Assembly (NCBI GenBank): GCA_964016885.1
Contig: OZ024754.1
Span: 8,928,001-8,992,000, forward strand
DNA from: Eledone cirrhosa
Taxonomy: Eukaryota
Direction of reading: 5' to 3'
Length of the DNA: 64,000 nt
In this document: one piece after another, positions 1 through 11,807 of the stretch
How the letters are laid out: every line of letters starts with the position of its first letter
Numbering within the stretch: position 1 is the first letter of the stretch
Notes under the pieces: model-generated
Database searches by the model: none
The model's input: the letters and a program-made list of their open reading frames with translations, nothing else
What the model was told of the DNA's origin: nothing
Made by a program: the position numbers and the translations under genes

Positions 1-300
1 ACGACCAAATTTTTTATTATTCCACAATGCTTCAAGCAAACTTCAATACCCTCATATATATATAAGTAGAAGGGATATTTAATTTGTTGGAAATTCAACA
101 AATATAAATGTTTATAACTGATTCAGAGCACTCGACAGTTTTCTGGAGTAAATATTCAACTGATAAGGTATGGTTTCCTTGGCTATGTCAACATTTATAA
201 AACACTCTTTGTATTTTATCTGATGAAAGCGTACCAAAATGTTATATTTGTATATATTTGTGTGTGTACATGCTATTAAAACAACTTTACTTCTGTACAG

Positions 301-447
301 ACCTGATAGAATATATGACTAACAAGCTGGTTAGATACAACGTTGAAAACGAGGGTTTCGAATACGAACTGGAAAAAGTGTTGAAAGAAGTAAATTCTAA
401 AAAGACGTTCGTCAATAAACATCGTGAAAGAATTATACAGCTGGGTG
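301..447 (+). CDS. Internal coding exon A (147 bp, phase 1-1) of a coiled-coil protein gene whose start lies upstream of the window
   Basis: Acceptor tttacttctgtacag| and donor |gtaagt; open frame LIEYMTNKLVRYNVENEGFEYELEKVLKEVNSKKTFVNKHRERIIQLG; phase compatible with the exon at 5122. Confidence 0.7.
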
Positions 448-644
448 GTAAGTTTATTGTATCGTGGGTTTCGTAGAACGTCGGGTAACATGCTTTTTGG
501 TATACAATTACGGTAAAATAGAATGCACTCCGTCGGTTACATCATGAAATTAACGTGCAAGTGGATGAGCATTCGACAGTCACGTGTAACCTTACTGTAG
601 TTCTCAGGAAGATTCAACATGACACAAAAGGTACAACTTATTTT

Positions 645-776
645 TGCCAGCTGAGTGGACTGGAGCAGCGTGAAATAAAGTGTCTTGCTCAAGGACACAA
701 CGCACCGCCGATAATCGAACTCACAACCTTACGATTGTAAGACGAATGCCCTAACCCCAAAGCCACGTGCCTTCAC
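645..776 (-). mobile_element. tRNA-head SINE fragment, family B (CORE-like)
   Basis: Reverse complement resembles 11808-11950: gtgagttcgatt B-box, gtgtccttgagcaagacactt core. Confidence 0.65.
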
Positions 777-890
777 TTACGTTAAGATAAAGTACCTGTA
801 ATACGCTGGGAACAATGTAATCGTCTTTCCTCTCCCCCAAGAAACTGTTGGCCTTGTGCCTAAATCAAAAACCGTTATTGATATTGTTGT

Positions 891-1065
891 TAGGGCGGTG
901 GATTGGCAGTATCGGTAGAGGGTCGGACGCCATGCTTTGACGCATAGAGTTACGCCCTTTGCCATTCTGAGGTTAACTTTGCCTTTCATCCTTATGGGGT
1001 CGATAAAATAAAGTACCAGTAATACACTGGGTAATTACTGGCCTTGTGCCAAAAGTAGAAACAGT
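891..1065 (+). mobile_element. tRNA-head SINE, family A
   Basis: agggcggtggattggcagtatcggtag...ttaactttgcctttcatcc...gtcgataaaataaagtaccag...ggccttgtgcc; more than 12 copies in the window. Confidence 0.75.
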
Positions 1066-1395
1066 TATTGATATTGTTGTTGTTGTTGATGATGTTATCA
1101 TTGATGTTGTTGCTGTTGGTGGTGGTGGTGGTGGTGTTGATGTTGATGTTATTGTAGTTGTTGCTGCTGTTATTGTTGTTGGTGTTGTTATTGTTATTGT
1201 TGTTATTGTAATTGTTATTGTAATTGTTATTGTTATTATTGTTATTGTTGTTGGTGTTGTTATTGTTATTGTTATTATTGTTATTGTTGTTGTTATTGTA
1301 ATTGTTATTATTGTTATTGTTGTTGGTGTTAATTGTTATTGTTATTGTTGTTATTGTTATTGTTATTGTTGTTGTTATTGTTGGTGTTGTTATCG
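1066..1395. repeat. Degenerate (GTT/ATT)n microsatellite
   Basis: Visible trinucleotide low-complexity tract. Confidence 0.9.
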
Positions 1396-1561
1396 TTACT
1401 GCTAATGATTTTTTTGTTGGTATTATTTATTTATTTTTTATTTTTCATTCTTTGATTAAGATGGCAGAGTGGTTAGGGTGTCATATTAAAAATGGCTTGT
1501 AATTTGTTCTGGATCACTCCACTTGGGGTTCAAATCCCGACGAGGTTAACTTTGCCTTAAG

Positions 1562-4195
1562 TGTACATGTTTGTATGTGTGTGTGTACATGTGTGTGTCT
1601 GAATTCTTGTTTGTATGTAGATGTGTGTGTCTGAATTCTTGTTTGTATGTGTGTATGTAGATGTGTGTGTCTGAATTCTTGTTTGTATGTGTGTGTGTAC
1701 ATGTGTGTGTCTGAATTCTTGTTTGTATGTGTGTATGTAGATGTGTGTGTCTGAATTCTTGTTTGTATGTGTGTATGTAGATGTGTGTGTCTGAATTCTT
1801 GTTTGTATGTGCGTATGTAGATGTGTGTGTCTGAATTCTTGTTTGTATGTGTGTGTGTACATGTGTGTGTCTGAATTCTTGTTTGTATGTGTGTGTGTAC
1901 ATGTGTGTGTCTGAATTCTTGTTTGTATGTGTGTATGTAGATGTGTCTGTCTGAATTCTTGTTTGTATGTGTGTATGTAGATGTGTGTGTCTGAATTCTT
2001 GTTTGTATGTGTGTATGTAGATGTGTGTGTCTGAATTCTTGTTTGTATGTGTGTGTCTGAATTCTTGTTTGTATGTGTGTATGTAGATGTGTCTGTCTGA
2101 ATTCTTGTTTGTATGTGTGTATGTAGATGTGTGTGTCTGAATTCTTGTTTGTATGTGTGTGTGTAGATGTGTCTGTCTGAATTCTTGTTTGTATGTGTGT
2201 ATGTAGATGTGTGTGTCTGAATTCTTGTTTGTATGTGTGTATGTAGATGTGTGTGTCTGAATTCTTGTTTGTATGTGTGTGTGTACATGTGTGTGTCTGA
2301 ATTCTTGTTTGTATGTGTGTGTGTACATGTGTGTGTCTGAATTCTTGTTTGTATGTGTGTGTGTACATGTGTGTGTCTGAATTCTTGTTTGTATGTGTGT
2401 GTGTACATGTGTGTGTCTGAATTCTTGTTTGTATGTGTGTATGTAGATGTGTGTGTCTGAATTCTTGTTTGTATGTGTGTGTGTACATGTGTGTGTCTGA
2501 ATTCTTGTTTGTATGTGTGTATGTAGATGTGTGTGTCTGAATTCTTGTTTTATGTGTGTATGTAGATGTGTGTGTCTGAATTCTTGTTTGTATGTGTGTG
2601 TGTACATGTGTGTGTCTGAATTCTTGTTTGTATGTGTGTGTGTACATGTGTGTGTCTGAATTCTTGTTTGTATGTGTGTGTGTACATGTGTGTGTCTGAA
2701 TTCTTGTTTGTATGTGTGTATGTAGATGTGTGTGTCTGAATTCTTGTTTGTATGTGTGTATGTAGATGTGTGTGTCTGAATTCTTGTTTGTATGTGTGTA
2801 TGTAGATGTGTGTGTCTGAATTCTTGTTTTATGTGTGTATGTAGATGTGTGTGTCTGAATTCTTGTTTGTATGTGTGTATGTAGATGTGTCTGTCTGAAT
2901 TCTTGTTTGTATGTGTGTATGTAGATGTGTGTGTCTGAATTCTTGTTTTATGTGTGTATGTAGATGTGTGTGTCTGAATTCTTGTTTGTATGTGTGTATG
3001 TAGATGTGTGTGTCTGAATTCTTGTTTGTATGTGTGTATGTAGATGTGTGTGTCTGAATTCTTGTTTGTATGTGTGTATGTAGATGTGTGTGTCTGAATT
3101 CTTGTTTTATGTGTGTATGTAGATGTGTGTGTCTGAATTCTTGTTTGTATGTGTGTGTGTACATGTGTGTGTCTGAATTCTTGTTTGTATGTGTGTATGT
3201 AGATGTGTGTGTCTGAATTCTTGTTTGTATGTGTGTGTGTACATGTGTGTGTCTGAATTCTTGTTTGTATGTGTGTATGTAGATGTGTGTGTCTGAATTC
3301 TTGTTTTATGTGTGTATGTAGATGTGTGTGTCTGAATTCTTGTTTGTATGTGTGTGTGTACATGTGTGTGTCTGAATTCTTGTTTGTATGTGTGTGTGTA
3401 CATGTGTGTGTCTGAATTCTTGTTTGTATGTGTGTGTGTACATGTGTGTGTCTGAATTCTTGTTTGTATGTGTGTATGTAGATGTGTGTGTCTGAATTCT
3501 TGTTTGTATGTGTGTATGTAGATGTGTGTGTCTGAATTCTTGTTTGTATGTGTGTATGTAGATGTGTGTGTCTGAATTCTTGTTTTATGTGTGTATGTAG
3601 ATGTGTGTGTCTGAATTCTTGTTTGTATGTGTGTATGTAGATGTGTCTGTCTGAATTCTTGTTTGTATGTGTGTATGTAGATGTGTGTGTCTGAATTCTT
3701 GTTTTATGTGTGTATGTAGATGTGTGTGTCTGAATTCTTGTTTGTATGTGTGTATGTAGATGTGTGTGTCTGAATTCTTGTTTGTATGTGTGTATGTAGA
3801 TGTGTGTGTCTGAATTCTTGTTTGTATGTGTGTATGTAGATGTGTGTGTCTGAATTCTTGTTTGTATGTGTGTATGTAGATGTGTGTGTCTGAATTCTTG
3901 TTTGTATGTGTGTGTGTACATGTGTGTGTCTGAATTCTTGTTTGTATGTGTGTGTGTACATGTGTGTGTCTGAATTCTTGTTTGTATGTGTGTGTGTACA
4001 TGTGTGTGTCTGAATTCTTGTTTGTATGTGTGTATGTAGATGTGTGTGTCTGAATTCTTGTTTGTATGTGTGTGTGTACATGTGTGTCTGAATTCTTGTT
4101 TGTATGTGTGTATGTAGATGTGTCTGTCTGAATTCTTGTTTGTATGTGTGTATGTAGATGTGTGTGTCTGAATTCTTGTTTTATGTGTGTATGTA
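1562..4195. repeat. 40-bp minisatellite, about 65 copies, one EcoRI site per unit
   Basis: Unit atgtgtgtgtctgaattcttgtttgtatgtgtgt(atgtag/gtgtac), with 39-bp variants. Confidence 0.95.
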
Positions 4196-4329
4196 CACGT
4201 ATGTATATTTATGTATGAGTGTGTATATATGTGTGTGTGACAGCTCACACCAATGCAGGTTTAGCTGGCCTCCTCCAAGGTATATCTCGCTGGAGGTGTC
4301 TTGGGTGATTTAATGATAGGTACCCCAGT

Positions 4330-4790
4330 CCTATCATCTCATTTCTACAGCTGACAGCTGAATAAACTGGAGCAACGTAAAATAAAGTGTCTTGCTCAAG
4401 GAAACAAAACATCACCCGGTCCGAGAATTGAACTCACAACCTTTCGATTGCAAGCCCAATGCTCTAACCACTAGGTCATGCGCCTTCAGAGTGTGTGTTT
4501 ATGCGTGTTGAGGAAGCACATGGCCCAGTGGCAAGAGTGTTGGACTTACGACCATAATGTCGTGGGTTTGATTCCTGAGCTGGGTTGTGCGGTGTGCCCT
4601 TGAGCAATATACTTTATTGCATGTTCCTCCAGTATACTCAGCTGAAAATGAGTTATCTGCAATAACTGGGGGCTTAACACTGCCATGGACTGGCATTCTG
4701 TCCAGGAGAGAATCTTGTATTCTCAGTCGCTTCACGCCATGGAAACCAGGATAAGCAGCAGCTTGATGTGCCCCAGGGCTCGAGACAGAC
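4330..4790. mobile_element. Head-to-head pair of family-B-type SINEs (4330-4488 minus, 4512-4790 plus)
   Basis: tRNA-like heads with gagttcaattc / gggtttgattcc and a ccttgagcaa core. Confidence 0.6.
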
Positions 4791-4844
4791 TTTAGAGTGT
4801 GTATGTGTGTCATTCGTATATCTTTAATTCTGTTATTCTTATGT

Positions 4845-5090
4845 AACTATCATTCTTATATACCTATCATTTTGTTATGTTATTCTTATATACCTATCAT
4901 TCTGTTATGTTATTCTTATATAACTATCATTCTGTTATGTTATTCTTATATACCTATCATTCTGTTATGTTATTCTTATATAACTATCATTCTGTTATGT
5001 TATTCTTATATACCTATCATTCTGTTATGTTATTCTTATATAACTATCATTCTGTTATTCTTATATACCTATCATTCTGTTATGTTATTC
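4845..5090. repeat. 30-bp minisatellite, about 8 copies
   Basis: Unit tattcttatata(c/a)ctatcattctgttatgt. Confidence 0.9.
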
Positions 5091-5121
5091 TGTGCACGTC
5101 TTCTCTCTCCAACCCATCTAG

Positions 5122-5268
5122 AACACTTCAAAACTTTACATCGTAGATTGGCAGATTTATCAGTTGAAATTGCACCTTATCGTGTCAAGTACACCAACTG
5201 TGTTCGGTCATTGGAACCTCTAGAAGATTCCGTAGAGAGAAAATCAAAAATAGTCGAAGAGTTAGAAG
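5122..5268 (+). CDS. Internal coding exon B (147 bp, phase 1-1), coiled-coil
   Basis: Unique-sequence island between two minisatellites; acceptor cttctctctccaacccatctag|, donor |gtaggt; HFKTLHRRLADLSVEIAPYRVKYTNCVRSLEPLEDSVERKSKIVEELE. Confidence 0.7.
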
Positions 5269-5269
5269 G

Positions 5270-6110
5270 TAGGTGTTTGATGTATGTGTATGGTGTGTGA
5301 GTGAGTATCCAGGTGTGTGTATGTGTGTGTGAGTGAGTGTCCACGTGTGTGCATGTGTGTGTGAGTGAGTGTCCAGGTGTGTGTATGAGTGAGTGTCCAG
5401 GTGTGCGCATGTGTGTGTGAGTGAGTGTCCAGGTGTTTGATGTTTGTGTATGGTGTGTGAGTGTCCAGGTGTGTGTATGTGTGTGTGAGTGAGTGTCCAG
5501 GTGTGTGCATGTGTGTGTGAGTGAGTGCCCAGGTGTGTGTATGTGTGTGTGAGTGAGTGCCCAGGTGTGTGTATGAGTGAGTGTCCAGGTGTGTGTATGT
5601 GTGTGTGAGTGAGTGTCCACGTGTGTGCATGTGTGTGTGAGTGAGTGCCCAGGTGTGTGTATGAGTGAGTGTCCAGGTGTGTGAGTGTCCAGGTGTGCGC
5701 ATGTGTGTGTGAGTGAGTGTCCAGGTGTGCGCATGTGTGTGTGAGTGAGTGTCCAGGTGTGCGCATGTGTGTGTGAGTGAGTGTCCAGGTGTTTGATGTT
5801 TGTGTATGGTGTGTGAGTGTCCAGGTGTGTGTATGTTTGTGTGAGTGAGTGTCCAGGTGTGCGCGTGTGTGTGTGAGTGAGTATCCAGGTGTGCGTGTGT
5901 GTGTGTGAGTGAGTGTCCAGGTGTGTGTGTGTGTGTGTGAGTGAGTGTCCAGTTGTGTGCGTCTGTGTGTGAGTGAGTGTCCAGGTGTGTGCATGTGTGT
6001 GTGAGTGAGTGTCCAGGTGTGTGTATGTGTGTGAGTGAGTGTCCGTGTGTGTGTGTGTGTGAGTGCCCAGGTGTGTGTGTATGTGGGTGTGTGTGTGTGT
6101 GTGTGTGTGC
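5270..6110. repeat. GT-rich variable minisatellite (about 20-30 bp)
   Basis: Repeated gagtgagtgtccaggtgtg core. Confidence 0.9.
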
Positions 6111-6282
6111 GTATTTATGTATGTACGTGTGAGTGTTTGTATATATATATATGTATGAGTTTGTGTGTCTGTTTTCTTTCAGTATCTGTTTTTTTTAAAT
6201 GTATTTCCACACACACATAAAAAAAAACAGATACTGAAAGAAAACAGACACACAAACTCATACATATATATATACAAACACT

Positions 6283-6327
<45 letters not shown>

Positions 6328-6520
6328 GAGCCGTGGTTAAACATAACGATCCCACCATTCCACCTCTAATAAATGGTTTCAGATTTAGGCACAAGGCCAA
6401 CAATTTTGGAGATAGGAAAGAGGATTAGATCGACACCATTGTGTCACTGGTACTTTATTTTATCGACCCCTTAAGGGTTAAAATCCCGCCCATGCTAGCT
6501 TTGCCTCTTATCCTAACGGG

Positions 6521-7072
6521 GTCGATAAAATAAAGTACCAGCCACCCCCTGTGGTCGGTAAAATAAAGTACCAGCCACCCCCTGTGGTCGATAAAATAAA
6601 GTACCAGCCACCCCCTGTGGTCGATAAAATAAAGCACCAGCCACCCCCTGTGGTCAGTAAAATAAAGTACCAGCCACCCACTGTGGTCAGTAAAATAAAG
6701 TACCAGCCACCCCCTGTGGTCGGTAAAATAAAGCACCAGCCACCCACTGTGGTCGGTAAAATAAAGTACCAGCCACCCACTGTGGTCGGTAAAATAAAGC
6801 ACCAGCCACCCACTGTGGTCGGTAAAATAAAGCACCAGCCACCCACTGTGGTCGGTAAAATAAAGTACCAGCCACCCCCTGTGGTAGGTAAAATAAAGTA
6901 CCAGCCACCCACTGTGGTCGGTAAAATAAAGCACCAGCCACCCACTGTGGTCGGTAAAATAAAGTACCAGCCACCCCCTATGGTCGGTAAAATAAAGCAC
7001 CAGCCACTCCCTGTGGTCGGTAAAATAAAGCACCAGCCACCCACTGTGGTCGGTAAAATAAAGCACCAGCCA
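6521..7072. repeat. 33-bp minisatellite, about 16-17 copies, amplified inside a family-A SINE
   Basis: Unit ggtcggtaaaataaag(t/c)accagccaccc(c/a)ctgt; SINE sequence continues on both sides. Confidence 0.9.
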
Positions 7073-7149
7073 TGCACTGGGGAAGCTAAAACACTCAAAA
7101 GCAAAATCAATTAAAAAGTAAATCCTAATAAGGAAGGCATCAACATAGA

Positions 7150-7765
7150 ATTGATAAATGTGTCCGAAGACGAAAAAACCGAACTCCCACTGTCATCGCC
7201 TCCATCTCTCTCGCCCTCCCCATCTCTCTGTATTATGAGTAAATGGGGTCCCACGTGCTGGTCGCCTCACGGCCCTGGCGGACAGAATGGAGAAGGCGTT
7301 TCCTCGGAGGATGGTAAGGGAGATGCGCTGGAATCAACTTTCGCCTCCCCCAAAATTGCTGGCCATGTGTCTAAATCAGAAACCAATATTTGTCTATTTA
7401 GAAAAATTGAACGAAGAACGCAAACGAGTAAAGAAGTTGACTGAACAAATTGCGAAAATGCAGGATATTTTAGTGAAATGTCTGAGAATGGATGAAACGG
7501 AAAATCAAGAGATATGTTGTAATGACAATCGTAAGTTCCATTTCACATTTATGGTTAACTCACCCGATCCACAAGACAGGTGTGCAATGTGTCCGAACGC
7601 GGAAGAGCCGAACTCCCACCGTCATCGACCCCCATCTCTCTGTATAGTGAGAAAATGGGGTCCCACGTGCTGGCCGTCCCCACAGCGCCGGTGGACAGAA
7701 TGGAGAAGGTGTTTCTCCGGAGGATGGTAAGGGAGATGCGCTGGAAGAGCCATTCCATCTCGTAA
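7150..7765 (-). mobile_element. Two short CRE-like non-LTR 3' fragments (about 7160-7335 and 7590-7760) flanking exon C
   Basis: Minus-strand WLFQRISLTILRRNTFSIL is similar to FQRVSLAVLRGNAFSIL at 13980-14030. Confidence 0.55.
7402..7530 (+). CDS. Internal coding exon C (129 bp, phase 1-1), coiled-coil
   Basis: Acceptor tttgtctatttag|, donor |gtaagt; KLNEERKRVKKLTEQIAKMQDILVKCLRMDETENQEICCNDN joins exon B in frame. Confidence 0.7.
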
Positions 7766-7886
7766 GTAGAAACACAGAAACAGCGTTCTCATTTCTTTGG
7801 CTTTTCTTTAGTTCTTTCTGTTATTTCATGCGGCCATGGCTAAAACATTCCTCATATTATAACTCTGCACACTTTATTTTCTTCAG

Positions 7887-7942
7887 TTTCAAGTAATACC
7901 AAATTAAGCAGATCAAATAAGAAAGAAACACACAAGGATTAA
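7887..7942 (+). CDS. Probable last coding exon D of the coiled-coil gene
   Basis: Acceptor actttattttcttcag|; phase 1 gives LSSNTKLSRSNKKETHKD then TAA. Confidence 0.5.
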
Positions 7943-7975
7943 CGAAGAAATACCAGGTTTGTGCACAGATAAATA

Positions 7976-8149
7976 CAGTGAAATTCCGTTATAATGAAAT
8001 TCACGGGGTATTAAAAAAATTCGTTGTAACGAAAAATTCTTAATAACGAGATCGACCTAATACATCGAGCATGTAGCCGGGGATTGAAAAAAATTCGTTA
8101 TACTGAAAAATTCGTTATAATGGTATTCGTTATAACGGGATTTTACCTG
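7976..8149. mobile_element. Tc1/mariner-pogo (Tigger-like) MITE
   Basis: TA-flanked imperfect TIRs CAGTGAAATTCCGTTATAATGAA / TTCGTTATAACGGGATTTTACCTG; internal aaaattcgttata repeats. Confidence 0.65.
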
Positions 8150-8620
8150 TATATGAAAATATATGATTGTACACACACACATATATATATGTATGCATGC
8201 ATACACGCTGATTGCTGCTTCTTTTTAGAAGAGAGCCATCCCTTCATTGAACATTGCACGATCTTGTTGGGACTTTTCAGACCCGCTTTTGTTTTGCAGG
8301 TATGTTCACAGATGTGACACTAACTATCTGTCCCCTGGCAATACCGACTGGAGTGTGTCTTCATGCAGTTTGCCATGTCTGTTATACATACTTCATGTTT
8401 TCTCAAATTTTATGTCTTTTATATAACGTCCTTACTTCTTATTTTTATTTTATCCATCTTTGTGTGCCCCGTCCCTTGTATATGCAACTCCCAATGATTA
8501 CAGTATTATATCTACCAGCTTTTGTGACCAATAAAATGATTGTCTGACTGGCCGTGGATTTCTCCAAAAGTGACCTTTGGAAGTGCCCCGTCTCCACTGG
8601 GGCATTTTCTTTTGCTTTAA

Positions 8621-8740
8621 GTTTACAGCCATATCACGCTGAAAACATCGGTTCTCGTCCGATCACCGAAGTTAAGCAACGTCGAGCCTAATTAGTACTT
8701 AGATGGCTGACCGCTTGGGAAACCTAGGAGCTGTAAGCAT
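8621..8740 (+). rRNA. 5S rRNA-like sequence (divergent gene, pseudogene or 5S-SINE head)
   Basis: 120 nt; terminal stem gtttacagc/gctgtaagc; ctcgtccgatcaccgaagttaagca (box A region) and tagtacttagatggctgaccgcttgggaa (box C region). Confidence 0.85.
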
Positions 8741-9247
8741 TTCCTTCAAGGGTGGTACCCCAGCATGGACTCAGCCGGAACAGGTAAAAGAGTAAAAGGA
8801 TATGCTGTTGTTTTTGTTATCTTTGAACACGAAAGACCCCACATTGTAGCGTCCTGTACCATCCTTGATTTTTCTTCATGTAAATCTTTGAGATTAATAA
8901 TGAAATCATCATCATCATTAACATTAACGCACTGAGTTGGATTTAATCGACTTTCTCTTCCCCAAAATTGTTGGCCTTGTGCCTAAATCAGAAATCATTA
9001 TTATTATTATTGTTCTTTATTAAGGGCGGTGGATTGGCAATATCGGTAGAGGGTCGGACGTTATGCTTTAACGTATAGAGTTACGGCCCTTGCCATTCTG
9101 AGTTCAAATCCCGCCGAGGTTAACTTTGCCTTTCATTCTTACGGGGTCGATAAAATAAAGTACCAGTAATGCCCTGGTTAATTGCTGGCCTTGTGCCAAA
9201 CGTAGGAACAATTATTATTATTGTTCTTTGAGTCTCAATCATTAATG

Positions 9248-10718
9248 TTAAAAGTAGAAATAGTTATTTAACTGAAAAGTTTGTTGAAATGAATATGAAG
9301 CCGCTACCTGCAGCCTCAAACATTCAGGACGTATCGGAGGATTCTTGCTGTTCCCAGCAAGCATGCCTGTTGAAGTGTTCCAAAAAAACGGGGCTGAACT
9401 AATCCTCTTTAACCATCCTTGGAAACTCCTTGAGATAGTACCTAGTGCTCCTATGACAATCGGGACGGCCTTGATCTCATGGCAGATCCAAATCCTTTTT
9501 ACCTCCCACTTTAAATCCTGGTATCGGTTAATTTTCTCCCTCTCCTTTTCTTGCACTCCTGTGTCAAATGGGCAGGCTACATCTACAATCAGGCACAATC
9601 TTCTTTCCTTGTCAAAAACCACCAGGTCGGGCCTGTTGTGTTCTAATTTCTTGTCCGTCTGTATCCTAAAATCCCATAGCACCTTCACCTGATCGTTTTC
9701 TATCACCGACTCTGGCTTATGCTCATACCACTTCTCAGAATGTGTTAAATTGTTTAGTTTGCATAGATGCCAGTGAATCACCTTTCCTATCATATCATGT
9801 CTCCAGCCTTTATAGTGAGTCTGGGCTAGATGTTTACACTCGGATACAATGTGAGCCACAGTCTCCTCTCTCTCTCCACAGATCCTACACAGTAAGCTAG
9901 GCTCCTCCTTGTCAATATAGTGTTTCACTCACTTCGTTCTGAGTGCTTGCTCTTGCGCAGCCATTAGCATTCCTTCTGTAGCTTTTTTAAAGTCTCCTCT
10001 TTTTAACCAGTTCCATGTCTGTGGATCTCTGAATTCCGTTTCCTTAAAGAAGGTGCTATGAAGGGATTTTTCATGAAGGTTGCTCTTCCTCCTTGCTGTT
10101 ATTTTTTCCTTGGACATCCCCTGGACTATTGTCTTCTCCTTCAGTACAATTTTGAGCATTGGCTCCCTACTGCCAGACACATATTTGTGCAGACCGTTTT
10201 TCTCCATCTGAACACAGTCCTCTATGCTGATAAGACCTCTTCCACCTTCAGATCTATTTAAGTAGAGCCTATCAACATCTCTCCTCTTGTGAAACATGTT
10301 GTAGATAGTCAATAGCTTCCTAGTCTATCTATCCATTTCTTTTTGTTCGGTAACATTCCATTTAAGAATTCCCGCACTGTACCTAATAATAGACACAGCT
10401 CGGGAATTTACTGCACTTATGACATTCCTACTATTTAGATGTGATTTTAGTATGTTCCTTACTCTCTTTATGTATTCAGATCTTATCAATTCCTTCATTT
10501 TTTGTTCTTGATGGCATCTGCCTCCAGAACACCTAAACATTTGTATGCCTCTTCAGTATCAATTTCCTTTATCATCTCACCTGTTGGTACCTGGATTCCG
10601 TTGCTTCTGCTCAATTTACCCCCTCTTCATCATTATGACTCCACACTTATTAACACCAAATTCCGTACATATATCATTGCTGAAAATACGGACAGTGTCA
10701 ACAAGTACATCCAACTCA
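9248..10718 (-). mobile_element. 5'-truncated, frameshifted RLE-type non-LTR retrotransposon, R4/Dong-like
   Basis: RT C-terminal GGRGL; CCHC knuckle CRICGEREETVAHIVSEC; RHD; RLE motif RPDLVVFDKERRLCLIVDVACP; abuts a (TAA)n tract at 10719-10755. Confidence 0.85.
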
Positions 10719-10977
10719 TTATTACTATTATTATTATTATTATTATTATTATTATGCAGACGACAGTTTTAATCCAGAATCGAAGAATATAAATCATACA
10801 GACATATTAGTACTAGAAAAAGGACTTCGTTAATTCAGCATCAACATTCAACCGCCATTTTAAAACTCATCCTACAGTACACAGAGAAGGCATACAGGGA
10901 AATATATATATATTAAACGTCAATCTGCTTAGTCAATAAAACTCTTTATTCTGTCACATCTTTTTCTTTTACTAATA

Positions 10978-11165
10978 ATTGTTTCTACGTTAGGCACAAG
11001 GCCAGCAATTATCCAGTGTATTACTGGTACTTTATTTTATCGACCCCGTAAGGATGAAAGGCAAAGTTAACCTCGGCGGGATTTGAACTCAGAATGGCAA
11101 GGGCCGTAACTCTTTGCGTCAAAGCATGGCGTCCGACCCTCTACCAATACTGCCAATCCACCGCC
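10978..11165 (-). mobile_element. Family-A SINE; other copies at 9023-9212 +, 12492-12682 -, 14421-14790 + (two), 14876-14975 -, 27043-27232 -, 40590-40962 - (two), 49497-49870 - (two), 63706-64000 -
   Basis: Closely similar dispersed ~190-bp repeat with gagttcaaatcc B-box. Confidence 0.8.
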
Positions 11166-11223
11166 ACTTTTACTAATAATAATGTTATATATACTAGCAG
11201 AAACTAAAAAAAGTCTGTCTTAA

Positions 11224-11444
11224 CACTTTAGCATTTACATTACTCAATATATACTGTTGTATTTTCGCAGTAAGAGCTTTATCTCACTTAAATATGTCAC
11301 ATAATATCGAATCTATTAGATTTTGATATTATTTATTTTGAGAACAATACCTTAACATCAGTATGAGTGGCTAGTAACAGCTGGTTTGAACAGAAAGAGG
11401 TGAGAGAATTCTGGCCGGATATGACCAGTTTTAATGCTAAATGG
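11224..11444. mobile_element. TTAA-flanked MITE (piggyBac-like)
   Basis: ttaa|cactttagcatt ... aatgctaaatgg|ttaa. Confidence 0.6.
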
Positions 11445-11807
11445 TTAAGTCAGAAGGCTCATTAGACCGGTGCTTATCCCGGTTTCATCGCGTGAAGTGA
11501 CTGAGAGTACAAGACTTCCCCCTGGACAGGACGCCAGTCTATCGTTGGGTTAAACCTCCAGCTGTTGCTGTTACGCATTTACAGCAGAAACTAAATTTAG
11601 TCCGGGAATTTTTCATATGCAATTTACCATAACCCACGTGTAATCATCTCCATTACAAATAACATTGTGTGTGCATTCTGAGGTAGAGTTTTGTGTGTTC
11701 CTACTTTCAAATATATGTCTCATTGAGTGAGTAATAGACCGGCTGGGCTATACAGATCCCTATTCCGCAGGCTTCGTTAACACACACATATATATATATA
11801 TATATAT

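Noticed and set aside
212-245. Hammerhead at tattttatctgatgaaagcgtacc
   Set aside because: Only the 5' half is present, with no GAAA/stem III; treated as a truncated PLE-end remnant
1046-1502. Hydrophobic Val/Ile membrane-like ORFs
   Set aside because: (GTT/ATT)n microsatellite
1514-4248. Long His/Thr-rich ORFs (up to 900 aa)
   Set aside because: Translations of the 40-bp minisatellite, open in several frames
6455-7114. CRISPR-like or repeat-protein appearance of the 33-bp array
   Set aside because: No unique spacers and no cas genes; the unit derives from a SINE
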